A stretch of DNA of 64,000 nucleotides from Eledone cirrhosa (taxonomy: Eukaryota), in NCBI GenBank assembly GCA_964016885.1, contig OZ024744.1, forward strand, positions 120,094,001 to 120,158,000, in the 5' to 3' direction. Position 1 is the first letter of the stretch. Each line of letters begins with the position of its first letter. The notes under the pieces were generated by a model. That model was not told where the DNA came from. It searched no databases and was given only the letters and a program-made list of their open reading frames with translations. Below, piece after piece: positions 41,950-56,659 of this stretch. A program made the translations under genes and the position numbers.

Positions 41950-44900
41950 GTAGTATCAGAGCTGTATGCTCTCAATTCAGAGATTCTTTCCTGAGACATT
42001 CTAACCACATGTCATAGTATCAGGGCTGTGATCTCTCAATTCAGAGATTCTTTCCTGAGACATTTTAAACCACATGTCATAGTATCAGAGGTGTGATCTC
42101 TTAATTTAGAGATTCTTTCATGAGATATTCTAACCACATGTCAAAGTATCAGAGCTGTGATATCTCAATTCAGAGATGCTTTCCTGAGACATTCTAACCA
42201 CATGTCATAGTATCAGGGCTGTGATCTCTCAATTCAGAGATTCTTTCCTGAGACATTCTAACCACATGTCATAGTATCAGAGCTTTGATATCTCAATTCA
42301 GAGATTCTTTCCTGAGATATTCTAACCACATGTCATAGTATCAGAGATGTCTTCTCTCAATTCAGAGATTCTTTCCTGAGACATTCTAACCCCATGTCAT
42401 AATATCAGAGCTGTGATCTCTTAATTTAGTGATTCTTTCATGAGATATTCTAACCACATGTCATATTATCAGAGCTGTGATCTCTCAATTCAGAGATTCT
42501 TTCCTGAGACATTCTAACCACATGTCATAGTATCAGGCTGTGATCTCTCAATTCAGAGATTCTTTCCTGAGACATTCTAACCACATGTCACAGTATCAGA
42601 GCTGTCATCTCTCAATTCAGAGATTCTTTCCTGAGATATTCTAACCACATGTAATAGTATTAGATCTGTGATCTCTCAATTTAGAGATTCTTTCCTGAGA
42701 CATTCTAACTCCATGTCCACACTCTCAGAGCTGTGATCTCTCAATTTAGAGATTCTTTCTTAAGATATTCTAACCACATGTCATAGTATTAGAGATGTGA
42801 TCTCTCGATTCAGAGATTCTTTCCTGAGACATTCTAACCACATGTCTGTAGTATCAGAGATGTATGCTCTCAATTCAGAGATTCTTTCCTGAGACATTCT
42901 AACCACATGTCATAGTATCAGAGCTGTGATCTCTCAATTCAGAGATTCTTTCCTGAGACATTCTAACCACATGGCATAGTATCAGAGCTGTGATATCTCA
43001 ATTCAGAGATTCTTTCCTGAGATATTCTACCACATGTCATAGTATCAGAGCTGGGATCTCTCAATTCAGATATTCTTTCCTGAGACATTCTAACCACATG
43101 TCATAGGATCAGTGTTGTGATCTCTCAATTCAGAGATTCTTTCCTGAGATATTCTAACCACATGTCATAGTATCAGAGCTGTGATCTCTCAATTCAGAGA
43201 TTCTTTCCTGAGACATTCTAACCACATGTCTGTAGTATCAGAGCTGTGATCTCTCAATTCAGAGATTCTTTCCTGAGAAATTCTAACCACATGTCATAGT
43301 ATCAGAGCTGTGATCTCTCAATTCAGATATTCTTTCCTGAGACATTAAAGCCACATGTCATAGGATCAGAGTTGTGATCTCTCAATTCAGAGACTCTTTC
43401 CTGAGATATTGTAAACGCATGTCATATTATCAGAGCTGTGATCTCTCAATTCAGAGATTCTATCCTGAGACATTCTAACCACATGTCATAGTATCAGAAC
43501 TGTTCTCTCTAAATTTAGAGATTCTTTCATGAGATATTTTAACCACATGTCATAGTATCAGAGCTGTGATCTCCCAATTTAGACATTCTTTCCTGGGATA
43601 TTCTAACCACATGTCATAGTATCAGAGCTGTGATCTCTCAATTCAGAGATTCTTTCCTGATACATTCTAACCACATGTCATAGTATCAGAGCTGTGATCT
43701 CTCAATTCAGAGATTCTTTCCTGAGACATTCTAACCACGTCATAGTATCAGAGCTGTGATATCTCAATTCAGAGATTCTTTCCTGAGACATTCTAATCAC
43801 ATGTCATAGTATCAGAGCTGTGATCTCTCAATTTAGATATTCTTTCCTGAGATATTCTAACCACATGTCATAGTATTAGAGCTGTGATCTCTCAATTCAG
43901 AGGTTCTTTCCTGAGACATTCTAACCACATGTCTGTAGTATCAGAGCTGTGATCTCTCAATTAAGAGATTCTTTCCTGGGACATTCTAACCACATGTCAT
44001 AGTATCAGGGCTGTGATCTCTCAATTCAGAGATTCTTTCCTGAGACATTTTAACCACATGTCATAGTATCAGAGCTGTGATCTCTTAATTTAGAGATTCT
44101 TTCATGAGATATTCTAACCACATGTCATAGTATCAGAGCTGTGATATCTCAATTCAGAGATGCTTTCCTGAGACATTCTAACCACATGTCATAGTATCAG
44201 AGCTGTGATTTCTCAATTCAGAGATTCATTCCTGAGACATTCTAAATACATGTCATAGTATCAGAGCTTTGATATCTCAATTCAGAGATTCTTTTCTGAG
44301 ATATTCTAACCACATGTCATAGTATCAGAGATGTCTTCTCTCAATTCAGAGATTCTTTCCTGAGACATTCTAACCACATGTCATAATATCAGAGCTGTGA
44401 TCTCTTAATTTAGAGATTCTTTCATGAGATATTCTAACCACATGTCATAGTATCAGAGCTGTGATCTCTCAATTCAGAGATTCTTTCCTGAGACATTCTA
44501 ACCACATGTCATAGTATCAGAGCTGTGATCTCTCAATTCAGAGATTCTTTCCTGAGACATTCTAACCACATGTCACAGTATCAGAGCTGTGATCTCTCAA
44601 TTCAGAGATTCTTTCCTGAGACATTCTAACCACATGTCATAGTATCAGATCTGTGATCTCTCAATTCAGAGATTATTTCCTGAGATATTCTAACCACATA
44701 TCATAGTATCAGAGCTGTGATCTCTCAATTCAGAGATTCTTTCCTGAGACATTCTAACCACATGTAATAGTATTAGATCTGTGATCTCTCAATCTAGAGA
44801 TTCTTTCCTGAGACATTCTAACTCCATGTCCACAGTATCAGAGCTGTGATCTCTCAATTTAGAGATTCTTTCCTGAGATATTCTAACCACATGTCATAGT

Positions 44901-47900
44901 ATTAGAGATGTGATCTCTCAATTCAGAGATTCTTTCCTGAGACATTCTAACCACATGTCTGTAGTATCAGAGCTGTATGCTCTCAATTCAGAGATTCTTT
45001 CCTGAGACATTCTAACCACATGTCATAGTATCAGAGCTGTGATCTCTCAATTCAGAGATTCTATCCTGAGACATTCTAACCACGTCATAGTATCAGAACT
45101 GTTCTCTCTAAATTTAGAGATTCTTTCATGAGATATTTTAACCACATGTCATAGTATCAGAGCTGTGATCTCCCAATTCAGACATTCTTTCCTGGGATAT
45201 TCTAACCACATGTCATAGTATCAGAGCTGTGATCTCTCAATTCAGATATTCTTTCCTGAAACATTAAAGCCACATGTCATAGGATCAGAGTTGTGGTCTC
45301 TCAATTCAGAGATTCTTTCCTGAGATATTGTAAACACATGTCATATTATCAGAGCTGTGATCTCTCAATTCAGAGATTCTTTCCGGAGACATTCTAACCA
45401 CATGTCATATTATCAGAGTTGTGATCTCTCAATTCAGTGATTCTTTCCTGAGATATTCTAACCAAATGTCATAGTATCAGAGCTGTGATATCTCAATTCA
45501 GAGATTCTTTCCTGAGACATTCTTACCACATGTCATAGTATCAGAGCTGTGATCTCTCAATTTAGAGATTCTTTCCTGAGACATTCTAACCACATGTCAT
45601 AGTATCAGAACTGTGATTTCTCAATTCAGAGATTCTATCCTGAGACATTCTAACCACATGTCATAGTATCAGAGCTGTTCTCTCTAAATTTAGAGATTCT
45701 TTCATAAGATATTTTAACCACATGTCATAGTATCAGAGCTGTGATCTCTCAATTCAGAGATTCATTCCTGAGACATTCTAAGCTCCTCATAGTATCAGAG
45801 CTGTGATATCTCAATTCAGAGATTCTTTCCTGAGATATTCTAACCACATGTCATAGTATTAGAGCTGTGATCTCTCAATTCGGAGATTCTTTCCTGAGAC
45901 ATTCTAACCACATGTCTGTAGTATCAGAGCTGTATGCTCTCAATTCAGAGATTCTTTCCTGAGACATTCTAACCACATATCATAGTATCAGGGCTGTGAT
46001 CTCTCAATTCAGAGATTCTTTCCTGAGACATTTTAACCACATGTCATAGTATCAGAGGTGTGATCTCTTAATTTAGAGATTCTTTCATGAGATATTCTAA
46101 CCACATGTCATAGTATCAGAGCTGTGATATCTCAATTCAGAGATGCTTTCCTGAGACATTCTAACCACATGTCATAGTATCAGGGCTGTGATCTCTCAAT
46201 TCAGAGATTCTTTCCTGAGACATTCTAACCACATGTCATAGTATCAGAGCTTTGATATCTCAATTCAGAGATTCTTTCCTGAGATATTCTAACCACATGT
46301 CATAGTATCAGAGATGTCTTCTCTCAATTCAGACATTATTTCCTGAGACATTCTAACCACATGCCATAATATCAGAGCTGTGATCTCTTAATTTAGTGAT
46401 TCTTTCATGAGATATTCTAACCACATGTCATAGTATCAGAGCTGTGATCTCTCAATTCAGAGATTCTTTCCTGAGACATTCTAACCACATGTCATAGTAT
46501 CAGAGCTGTGATCTCTCAATTCAGAGATTCTTTCCTGAGACATTCTAACCACATGTCACAGTATCAGAGCTGTCATCTCTCAATTCAGAGATTCTTTCCT
46601 GAGATATTCTAACCACATGTAATAGTATTAGATCTGTGATCTCTCAATTTAGAGATTCTTTCCTGAGACATTCTAACTCCATGTCCACACTCTCAGAGCT
46701 GTGATCTCTCAATTTAGAGATTCTTTCTTAAGATATTCTAACCACATGTCATAGTATTAGAGATGTGATCTCTCGATTCAGAGATTCTTTCCTGAGACAT
46801 TCTAACCACATGTCTGTAGTATCAGAGATGTATGCTCTCAATTCAGAGATTCTTTCCTGAGACATTCTAACCACATGTCATAGTATCAGAGCTGTGATCT
46901 CTCAATTCAGAGATTCTTTCCTGAGACATTCTAACCACATGGCATAGTATCAGAGCTGTGATATCTCAATTCAGAGATTCTTTCCTGAGATATTCTACCA
47001 CATGTCATAGTATCAGAGCTGGGATCTCTCAATTCAGATATTCTTTCCTGAGACATTCTAACCACATGTCATAGGATCAGTGTTGTGATCTCTCAATTCA
47101 GAGATTCTTTCCTGAGATATTCTAACCACATGTCATAGTATCAGAGCTGTGATCTCTCAATTCAGAGATTCTTTCCTGAGACATTCTAACCACATGTTTG
47201 TAGTATCAGAGCTGTGATCTCTCAATTCAGAGATTCTTTCCTGAGAAATTCTAACCACGTGTCATAGTATCAGAGCTGTGATCTCTCAATTCAGATATTC
47301 TTTCCTGAGACATTAAAGCCACATGTCATAGGATCAGAGTTGTGATCTCTCAATTCAGAGACTCTTTCCTGAGATATTGTAAACGCATGTCATATTATCA
47401 GAGCTGTGATCTCTCAATTCAGAGATTCTATCCTGAGACATTCTAACCACATGTCATAGTATCAGAACTGTTCTCTCTAAATTTAGAGATTCTTTCATGA
47501 GATATTTTAACCACATGTCATAGTATCAGAGCTGTGATCTCCCAATTCAGACATTCTTTCCTGGGATATTCTAACCACATGTCATAGTATCAGAGCTGTG
47601 ATCTCTCAATTCAGAGATTCTTTCCTGATACATTCTAACCACATGTCATAGTATCAGAGCTGTGATCTCTCAATTCAGAGATTCTTTCCTGAGACATTCT
47701 AACCACGTCATAGTATCAGAGCTGTGATATCTCAATTCAGAGATTCTTTCCTGAGACATTCTAATCACATGTCATAGTATCAGAGCTGTGATCTCTCAAT
47801 TTAGATATTCTTTCCTGAGATATTCTAACCACATGTCATAGTATTAGAGCTGTGATCTCTCAATTCAGAGGTTCTTTCCTGAGACATTCTAAACACATGT

Positions 47901-50900
47901 CTGTAGTATCAGAGCTGTGATCTCTCAATTAAGAGATTCTTTCCTGGGACATTCTAACCACATGTCATAGTATCAGGGCTGTGATCTCTCAATTCAGAGA
48001 TTCTTTCCTGAGACATTTTAACCACATGTCATAGTATCAGAGCTGTGATCTCTTAATTTAGAGATTCTTTCATGAGATATTCTAACCACATGTCATAGTA
48101 TCAAAGCTGTGATATCTCAATTCAGAGATGCTTTCCTGAGACATTCTAACCACATGTCATAGTATCAGAGCTGTGATTTCTCAATTCAGAGATTCTTTCC
48201 TGAGACATTCTAAATACATGTCATAGTATCAGAGCTTTGATATCTCAATTCAGAGATTCTTTTCTGAGATATTCTAACCACATGTCATAGTATCAGAGAT
48301 GTCTTCTCTCAATTCAGAGATTCTTTCCTGAGACATTCTAACCACATGTCATAATATCAGAGCTGTGATCTCTTAATTTAGAGATTCTTTCATGAGATAT
48401 TCTAACCACATGTCATAGTATCAGAGCTGTGATCTCTCAATTCAGAGATTCTTTCCTGAGACATTCTAACCACATGTCATAGTATCAGAGCTGTGATCTC
48501 TCAATTCAGAGATTCTTTCCTGAGACATTCTAACCACATGTCACAGTATCAGAGCTGTGATCTCTCAATTCAGAGATTCTTTCCTGAGACATTCTAACCG
48601 CATGTCATAGTATCAGATCTGTGATCTCTCAATTCAGAGATTATTTCCTGAGATATTCTAACCACATATCATAGTATCAGAGCTGTGATCTCTCAATTCA
48701 GAGATTCTTTCCTGAGACATTCTAACCACATGTAATAGTATTAGATCTGTGATCTCTCAATCTAGAGATTCTTTCCTGAGACATTCTAACTCCATGTCCA
48801 CAGTATCAGAGCTGTGATCTCTCAATTTAGAGATTCTTTCCTGAGATATTCTAACCACATGTCATAGTATTAGAGATGTGATCTCTCAATTCAGAGATTC
48901 TTTCCTGAGACATTCTAACCACATGTCTGTAGTATCAGAGCTGTATGCTCTCAATTCAGAGATTCTTTCCTGAGACATTCTAACCACATGTCATAGTATC
49001 AGAGCTGTGATCTCTCAATTCAGAGATTCTATCCTGAGACATTCTAACCACATGTCATAGTATCAGAACTGTTCTCTCTAAATTTAGAGATTCTTTCATG
49101 AGATATTTTAACCACATGTCATAGTATCAGAGCTGTGATCTCCCAATTCAGACATTCTTTCCTGGGATATTCTAACCACATGTCATAGTATCAGAGCTGT
49201 GATCTCTCAATTCAGATATTCTTTCCTGAAACATTAAAGCCACATGTCATAGGATCAGAGTTGTGGTCTCTCAATTCAGAGATTCTTTCCTGAGATATTG
49301 TAAACACATGTCATATTATCAGAGCTGTGATCTCTCAATTCAGAGATTCTTTCCTGAGACATTCTAACCACATGTCATAGTATCAGGGCTGTGATCTCTC
49401 AATTCAGAGATTCTTTCCTGAGACATTTTAACCACATGTCATAGTATCAGAGGTGTGATCTCTTAATTTAGAGATTCTTTCATGAGATATTCTAACCACA
49501 TGTCATAGTATCAGAGCTGTGATATCTCAATTCAGAGATGCTTTCCTGAGACATTCTAACCACATGTCATAGTATCAGGGCTGTGATCTCTCAATTCAGA
49601 GATTCTTTCCTGAGACATTCTAACCACATGTCATAGTATCAGAGCTTTGATATCTCAATTCAGAGATTCTTTCCTGAGATATTCTAACCACATGTCATAG
49701 TATCAGAGATGTCTTCTCTCAATTCAGACATTATTTCCTGAGACATTCTAACCACATGCCATAATATCAGAGCTGTGATCTCTTAATTTAGTGATTCTTT
49801 CATGAGATATTCTAACCACATGTCATAGTATCAGAGCTGTGATCTCTCAATTCAGAGATTCTTTCCTGAGACATTCTAACCACATGTCATAGTATCAGAG
49901 CTGTGATCTCTCAATTCAGAGATTCTTTCCTGAGACATTCTAACCACATGTCACAGTATCAGAGCTGTCATCTCTCAATTCAGAGATTCTTTCCTGAGAT
50001 ATTCTAACCACATGTAATAGTATTAGATCTGTGATCTCTCAATTTAGAGATTCTTTCCTGAGACATTCTAACTCCATGTCCACACTCTCAGAGCTGTGAT
50101 CTCTCAATTTAGAGATTCTTTCTTAAGATATTCTAACCACATGTCATAGTATTAGAGATGTGATCTCTCGATTCAGAGATTCTTTCCTGAGACATTCTAA
50201 CCACATGTCTGTAGTATCAGAGATGTATGCTCTCAATTCAGAGATTCTTTCCTGAGACATTCTAACCACATGTCATAGTATCAGAGCTGTGATCTCTCAA
50301 TTCAGAGATTCTTTCCTGAGACATTCTAACCACATGGCATAGTATCAGAGCTGTGATATCTCAATTCAGAGATTCTTTCCTGAGATATTCTACCACATGT
50401 CATAGTATCAGAGCTGGGATCTCTCAATTCAGATATTCTTTCCTGAGACATTCTAACCACATGTCATAGGATCAGTGTTGTGATCTCTCAATTCAGAGAT
50501 TCTTTCCTGAGATATTCTAACCACATGTCATAGTATCAGAGCTGTGATCTCTCAATTCAGAGATTCTTTCCTGAGACATTCTAACCACATGTTTGTAGTA
50601 TCAGAGCTGTGATCTCTCAATTCAGAGATTCTTTCCTGAGAAATTCTAACCACGTGTCATAGTATCAGAGCTGTGATCTCTCAATTCAGATATTCTTTCC
50701 TGAGACATTAAAGCCACATGTCATAGGATCAGAGTTGTGATCTCTCAATTCAGAGACTCTTTCCTGAGATATTGTAAACGCATGTCATATTATCAGAGCT
50801 GTGATCTCTCAATTCAGAGATTCTATCCTGAGACATTCTAACCACATGTCATAGTATCAGAACTGTTCTCTCTAAATTTAGAGATTCTTTCATGAGATAT

Positions 50901-53900
50901 TTTAACCACATGTCATAGTATCAGAGCTGTGATCTCCCAATTCAGACATTCTTTCCTGGGATATTCTAACCACATGTCATAGTATCAGAGCTGTGATCTC
51001 TCAATTCAGAGATTCTTTCCTGATACATTCTAACCACATGTCATAGTATCAGAGCTGTGATCTCTCAATTCAGAGATTCTTTCCTGAGACATTCTAACCA
51101 CGTCATAGTATCAGAGCTGTGATATCTCAATTCAGAGATTCTTTCCTGAGACATTCTAATCACATGTCATAGTATCAGAGCTGTGATCTCTCAATTTAGA
51201 TATTCTTTCCTGAGATATTCTAACCACATGTCATAGTATTAGAGCTGTGATCTCTCAATTCAGAGGTTCTTTCCTGAGACATTCTAAACACATGTCTGTA
51301 GTATCAGAGCTGTGATCTCTCAATTAAGAGATTCTTTCCTGGGACATTCTAACCACATGTCATAGTATCAGGGCTGTGATCTCTCAATTCAGAGATTCTT
51401 TCCTGAGACATTTTAACCACATGTCATAGTATCAGAGCTGTGATCTCTTAATTTAGAGATTCTTTCATGAGATATTCTAACCACATGTCATAGTATCAAA
51501 GCTGTGATATCTCAATTCAGAGATGCTTTCCTGAGACATTCTAACCACATGTCATAGTATCAGAGCTGTGATTTCTCAATTCAGAGATTCTTTCCTGAGA
51601 CATTCTAAATACATGTCATAGTATCAGAGCTTTGATATCTCAATTCAGAGATTCTTTTCTGAGATATTCTAACCACATGTCATAGTATCAGAGATGTCTT
51701 CTCTCAATTCAGAGATTCTTTCCTGAGACATTCTAACCACATGTCATAATATCAGAGCTGTGATCTCTTAATTTAGAGATTCTTTCATGAGATATTCTAA
51801 CCACATGTCATAGTATCAGAGCTGTGATCTCTCAATTCAGAGATTCTTTCCTGAGACATTCTAACCACATGTCATAGTATCAGAGCTGTGATCTCTCAAT
51901 TCAGAGATTCTTTCCTGAGACATTCTAACCACATGTCACAGTATCAGAGCTGTGATCTCTCAATTCAGAGATTCTTTCCTGAGACATTCTAACCGCATGT
52001 CATAGTATCAGATCTGTGATCTCTCAATTCAGAGATTATTTCCTGAGATATTCTAACCACATATCATAGTATCAGAGCTGTGATCTCTCAATTCAGAGAT
52101 TCTTTCCTGAGACATTCTAACCACATGTAATAGTATTAGATCTGTGATCTCTCAATCTAGAGATTCTTTCCTGAGACATTCTAACTCCATGTCCACAGTA
52201 TCAGAGCTGTGATCTCTCAATTTAGAGATTCTTTCCTGAGATATTCTAACCACATGTCATAGTATTAGAGATGTGATCTCTCAATTCAGAGATTCTTTCC
52301 TGAGACATTCTAACCACATGTCTGTAGTATCAGAGCTGTATGCTCTCAATTCAGAGATTCTTTCCTGAGACATTCTAACCACATGTCATAGTATCAGAGC
52401 TGTGATCTCTCAATTCAGAGATTCTATCCTGAGACATTCTAACCACATGTCATAGTATCAGAACTGTTCTCTCTAAATTTAGAGATTCTTTCATGAGATA
52501 TTTTAACCACATGTCATAGTATCAGAGCTGTGATCTCCCAATTCAGACATTCTTTCCTGGGATATTCTAACCACATGTCATAGTATCAGAGCTGTGATCT
52601 CTCAATTCAGATATTCTTTCCTGAAACATTAAAGCCACATGTCATAGGATCAGAGTTGTGGTCTCTCAATTCAGAGATTCTTTCCTGAGATATTGTAAAC
52701 ACATGTCATATTATCAGAGCTGTGATCTCTCAATTCAGAGATTCTTTCCGGAGACATTCTAACCACATGTCATATTATCAGAGTTGTGATCTCTCAATTC
52801 AGTGATTCTTTCCTGAGATATTCTAACCAAATGTCATAGTATCAGAGCTGTGATATCTCAATTCAGAGATTCTTTCCTGAGACATTCTTACCACATGTCA
52901 TAGTATCAGAGCTGTGATCTCTCAATTTAGAGATTCTTTCCTGAGACATTCTAACCACATGTCATAGTATCAGAACTGTGATTTCTCAATTCAGAGATTC
53001 TATCCTGAGACATTCTAACCACATGTCATAGTATCAGAGCTGTTCTCTCTAAATTTAGAGATTCTTTCATAAGATATTTTAACCACATGTCATAGTATCA
53101 GAGCTGTGATCTCTCAATTCAGAGATTCATTCCTGAGACATTCTAAGCTCGTCATAGTATCAGAGCTGTGATATCTCAATTCAGAGATTCTTTCCTGAGA
53201 TATTCTAACCACATGTCATAGTATTAGAGCTGTGATCTCTCAATTCGGAGATTCTTTCCTGAGACATTCTAACCACATGTCTGTAGTATCAGAGCTGTAT
53301 GCTCTCAATTCAGAGATTCTTTCCTGAGACATTCTAACCACATGTCATAGTATCAGGGCTGTGATCTCTCAATTCAGAGATTCTTTCCTGAGACATTTTA
53401 ACCACATGTCATAGTATCAGAGGTGTGATCTCTTAATTTAGAGATTCTTTCATGAGATATTCTAACCACATGTCATAGTATCAGAGCTGTGATATCTCAA
53501 TTCAGAGATGCTTTCCTGAGACATTCTAACCACATGTCATAGTATCAGGGCTGTGATCTCTCAATTCAGAGATTCTTTCCTGAGACATTCTAACCACATG
53601 TCATAGTATCAGAGCTTTGATATCTCAATTCAGAGATTCTTTCCTGAGATATTCTAACCACATGTCATAGTATCAGAGATGTCTTCTCTCAATTCAGAGA
53701 TTCTTTCCTGAGACATTCTAACCACATGTCATAATATCAGAGCTGTGATCTCTTAATTTAGTGATTCTTTCATGAGATATTCTAACCACATGTCATAGTA
53801 TCAGAGCTGTGATCTCTCAATTCAGAGATTCTTTCCTGAGACATTCTAACCACATGTCATAGTATCAGAGCTGTGATCTCTCAATTCAGAGATTCTTTCC

Positions 53901-56400
53901 TGAGACATTCTAACCACATGTCACAGTATCAGAGCTGTCATCTCTCAATTCAGAGATTCTTTCCTGAGATATTCTAACCACATGTAATAGTATTAGATCT
54001 GTGATCTCTCAATTCAGAGATTCTTTCCTGAGACATTCTAACCACATGTCACAGTATCAGAGCTGTCATCTCTCAATTTAGAGATTCTTTATTAAGATAT
54101 TCTAACCACATGTCATAGTATTAGAGATGTGATCTCTCGATTCAGAGATTCTTTCCTGAGACATTCTAACCACATGTCTGTAGTATCAGAGATGTATGCT
54201 CTCAATTCAGAGATTCTTTCCTGAGACATTCTAACCACATGTCATAGTATCAGAGCTGTGATCTCTCAATTCAGAGATTCTTTCCTGAGACATTCTAACC
54301 ACATGGCATAGTATCAGAGCTGTGATATCTCAATTCAGAGATTCTTTCCTGAGATATTCTACCACATGTCATAGTATCAGAGCTGGGATCTCTCAATTCA
54401 GATATTCTTTCCTGAGACATTCTAACCACATGTCATAGGATCAGTGTTGTGATCTCTCAATTCAGAGATTCTTTCCTGAGATATTCTAACCACATGTCAT
54501 AGTATCAGAGCTGTGATCTCTCAATTCAGAGATTCTTTCCTGAGACATTCTAACCACATGTCTGTAGTATCAGAGCTGTGATCTCTCAATTCAGAGATTC
54601 TTTCCTGAGAAATTCTAACCACATGACATAGTATCAGAGCTGTGATCTCTCAATTCAGATATTCTTTCCTGAGACATTAAAGCCACATGTCATAGTATCA
54701 GAGCTGTGATCTCTCAATTCAGAGATTCTTTCCTGAGATATTGTAAACGCATTTCATATTATCAGAGCTGTGATCTCTCAATTCAGAGATTCTATCCTGA
54801 GACATTCTAACCACATGTCATAGTATCAGAACTGTTCTCTCTAAATTTAGAGATTCTTTCATGAGATATTTTAACCACATGTCATAGTATCAGAGCTGTG
54901 ATCTCCCAATTCAGACATTCTTTCCTGGGATATTCTAACCACATGTCATAGTATCAGAGCTGTGATCTCTCAATTCAGAGATTCTTTCCTGATACATTCT
55001 AACCACATGTCATAGTATCAGAGCTGTGATCTCTCAATTCAGAGATTCTTTCCTGAGACATTCTAACCACGTCATAGTATCAGAGCTGTGATATCTCAAT
55101 TCAGAGATTCTTTCCTGAGACATTCTAATCACATGTCATAGTATCAGAGCTGTGATCTCTCAATTTAGATATTCTTTCCTGAGATATTCTAACCACATGT
55201 CATAGTATTAGAGCTGTGATCTCTCAATTCAGAGGTTCTTTCCTGAGACATTCTAACCACATGTCTGTAGTATCAGAGCTGTGATCTCTCAATTAAGAGA
55301 TTCTTTCCTGGGACATTCTAACCACATGTCATAATATCAGGGCTGTGATCTCTCAATTCAGAGATTCTTTCCTGAGACATTTTAACCACATGTCATAGTA
55401 TCAGAGCTGTGATCTCTTAATTTAGAGATTCTTTCATGAGATATTCTAACCACATGTCATAGTATCAGAGCTGTGATATCTCAATTCAGAGATGCTTTCC
55501 TGAGACATTCTAACCACATGTCATAGTATCAGAGCTGTGATTTCTCAATTCAGAGATTCTTTCCTGAGACATTCTAAATACATGTCATAGTATCAGAGCT
55601 TTGATATCTCAATTCAGAGATTCTTTTCTGAGATATTCTAACCACATGTCATAGTATCAGAGATGTCTTCTCTCAATTCAGAGATTCTTTCCTGAGACAT
55701 TCTAACCACATGTCATAATATCAGAGCTGTGATCTCTTAATTTAGAGATTCTTTCATGAGATATTCTAACCACATGTCATAGTATCAGAGCTGTGATCTC
55801 TCAATTCAGAGATTCTTTCCTGAGACATTCTAACCACATGTCATAGTATCAGAGCTGTGATCTCTCAATTCAGAGATTCTTTCCTGAGACATTCTAACCA
55901 CATGTCACAGTATCAGAGCTGTGATCTCTCAATTCAGAGATTCTTTCCTGAGACATTCTAACCACATGTCATAGTATCAGATCTGTGATCTCTCAATTCA
56001 GAGATTATTTCCTGAGATATTCTAACCACATATCATAGTATCAGAGCTGTGATCTCTCAATTCAGAGATTCTTTCCTGAGACATTCTAACCACATGTAAT
56101 AGTATTAGATCTGTGATCTCTCAATCTAGAGATTCTTTCCTGAGACATTCTAACTCCATGTCCACAGTATCATAGCTGTGATCTCTCAATTTAGAGATTC
56201 TTTCCTGAGATATTCTAACCACATGTCATAGTATTAGAGATGTTATCTCTCAATTCAGAGATTCTTTCCTGAGACATTCTAACCACATGTCTGTAGTATC
56301 AGAGCTGTATGCTCTCAATTCAGAGATTCTTTCCTGAGACATTCTAACCACATGTCATAGTATCAGAGCTGTGATCTCTCAATTCAGAGATTCTTTCCTG
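41950..56400 (+). repeat. Four copies of a 62-monomer super-HOR (periods 3968, 3395, 3969 bp)
   Basis: AATCTAGAGA at 44791, 48759, 52154, 56123 and the TCTCGATT variant G at 42807, 46775, 50170, 54139 give identical spacings. One period is 9 monomers shorter. Confidence 0.88.
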
Positions 56401-56659
56401 AGACATTCTAACCACATGGCATAGTATCAGAGCTGTGATATCTCAATTCAGAGATTCTTTCCTGAGATATTCTACCACATGTCATAGTATCAGAGCTGGG
56501 ATCTCTCAATTCAGATATTCTTTCCTGAGACATTCTAACCACATGTCATAGGATCAGTGTTGTGATCTCTCAATTCAGAGATTCTTTCCTGAGATATTCT
56601 AACCACATGTCATAGTATCAGAGCTGTGATCTCTCAATTCAGAGATTCTTTCCTGAGAC

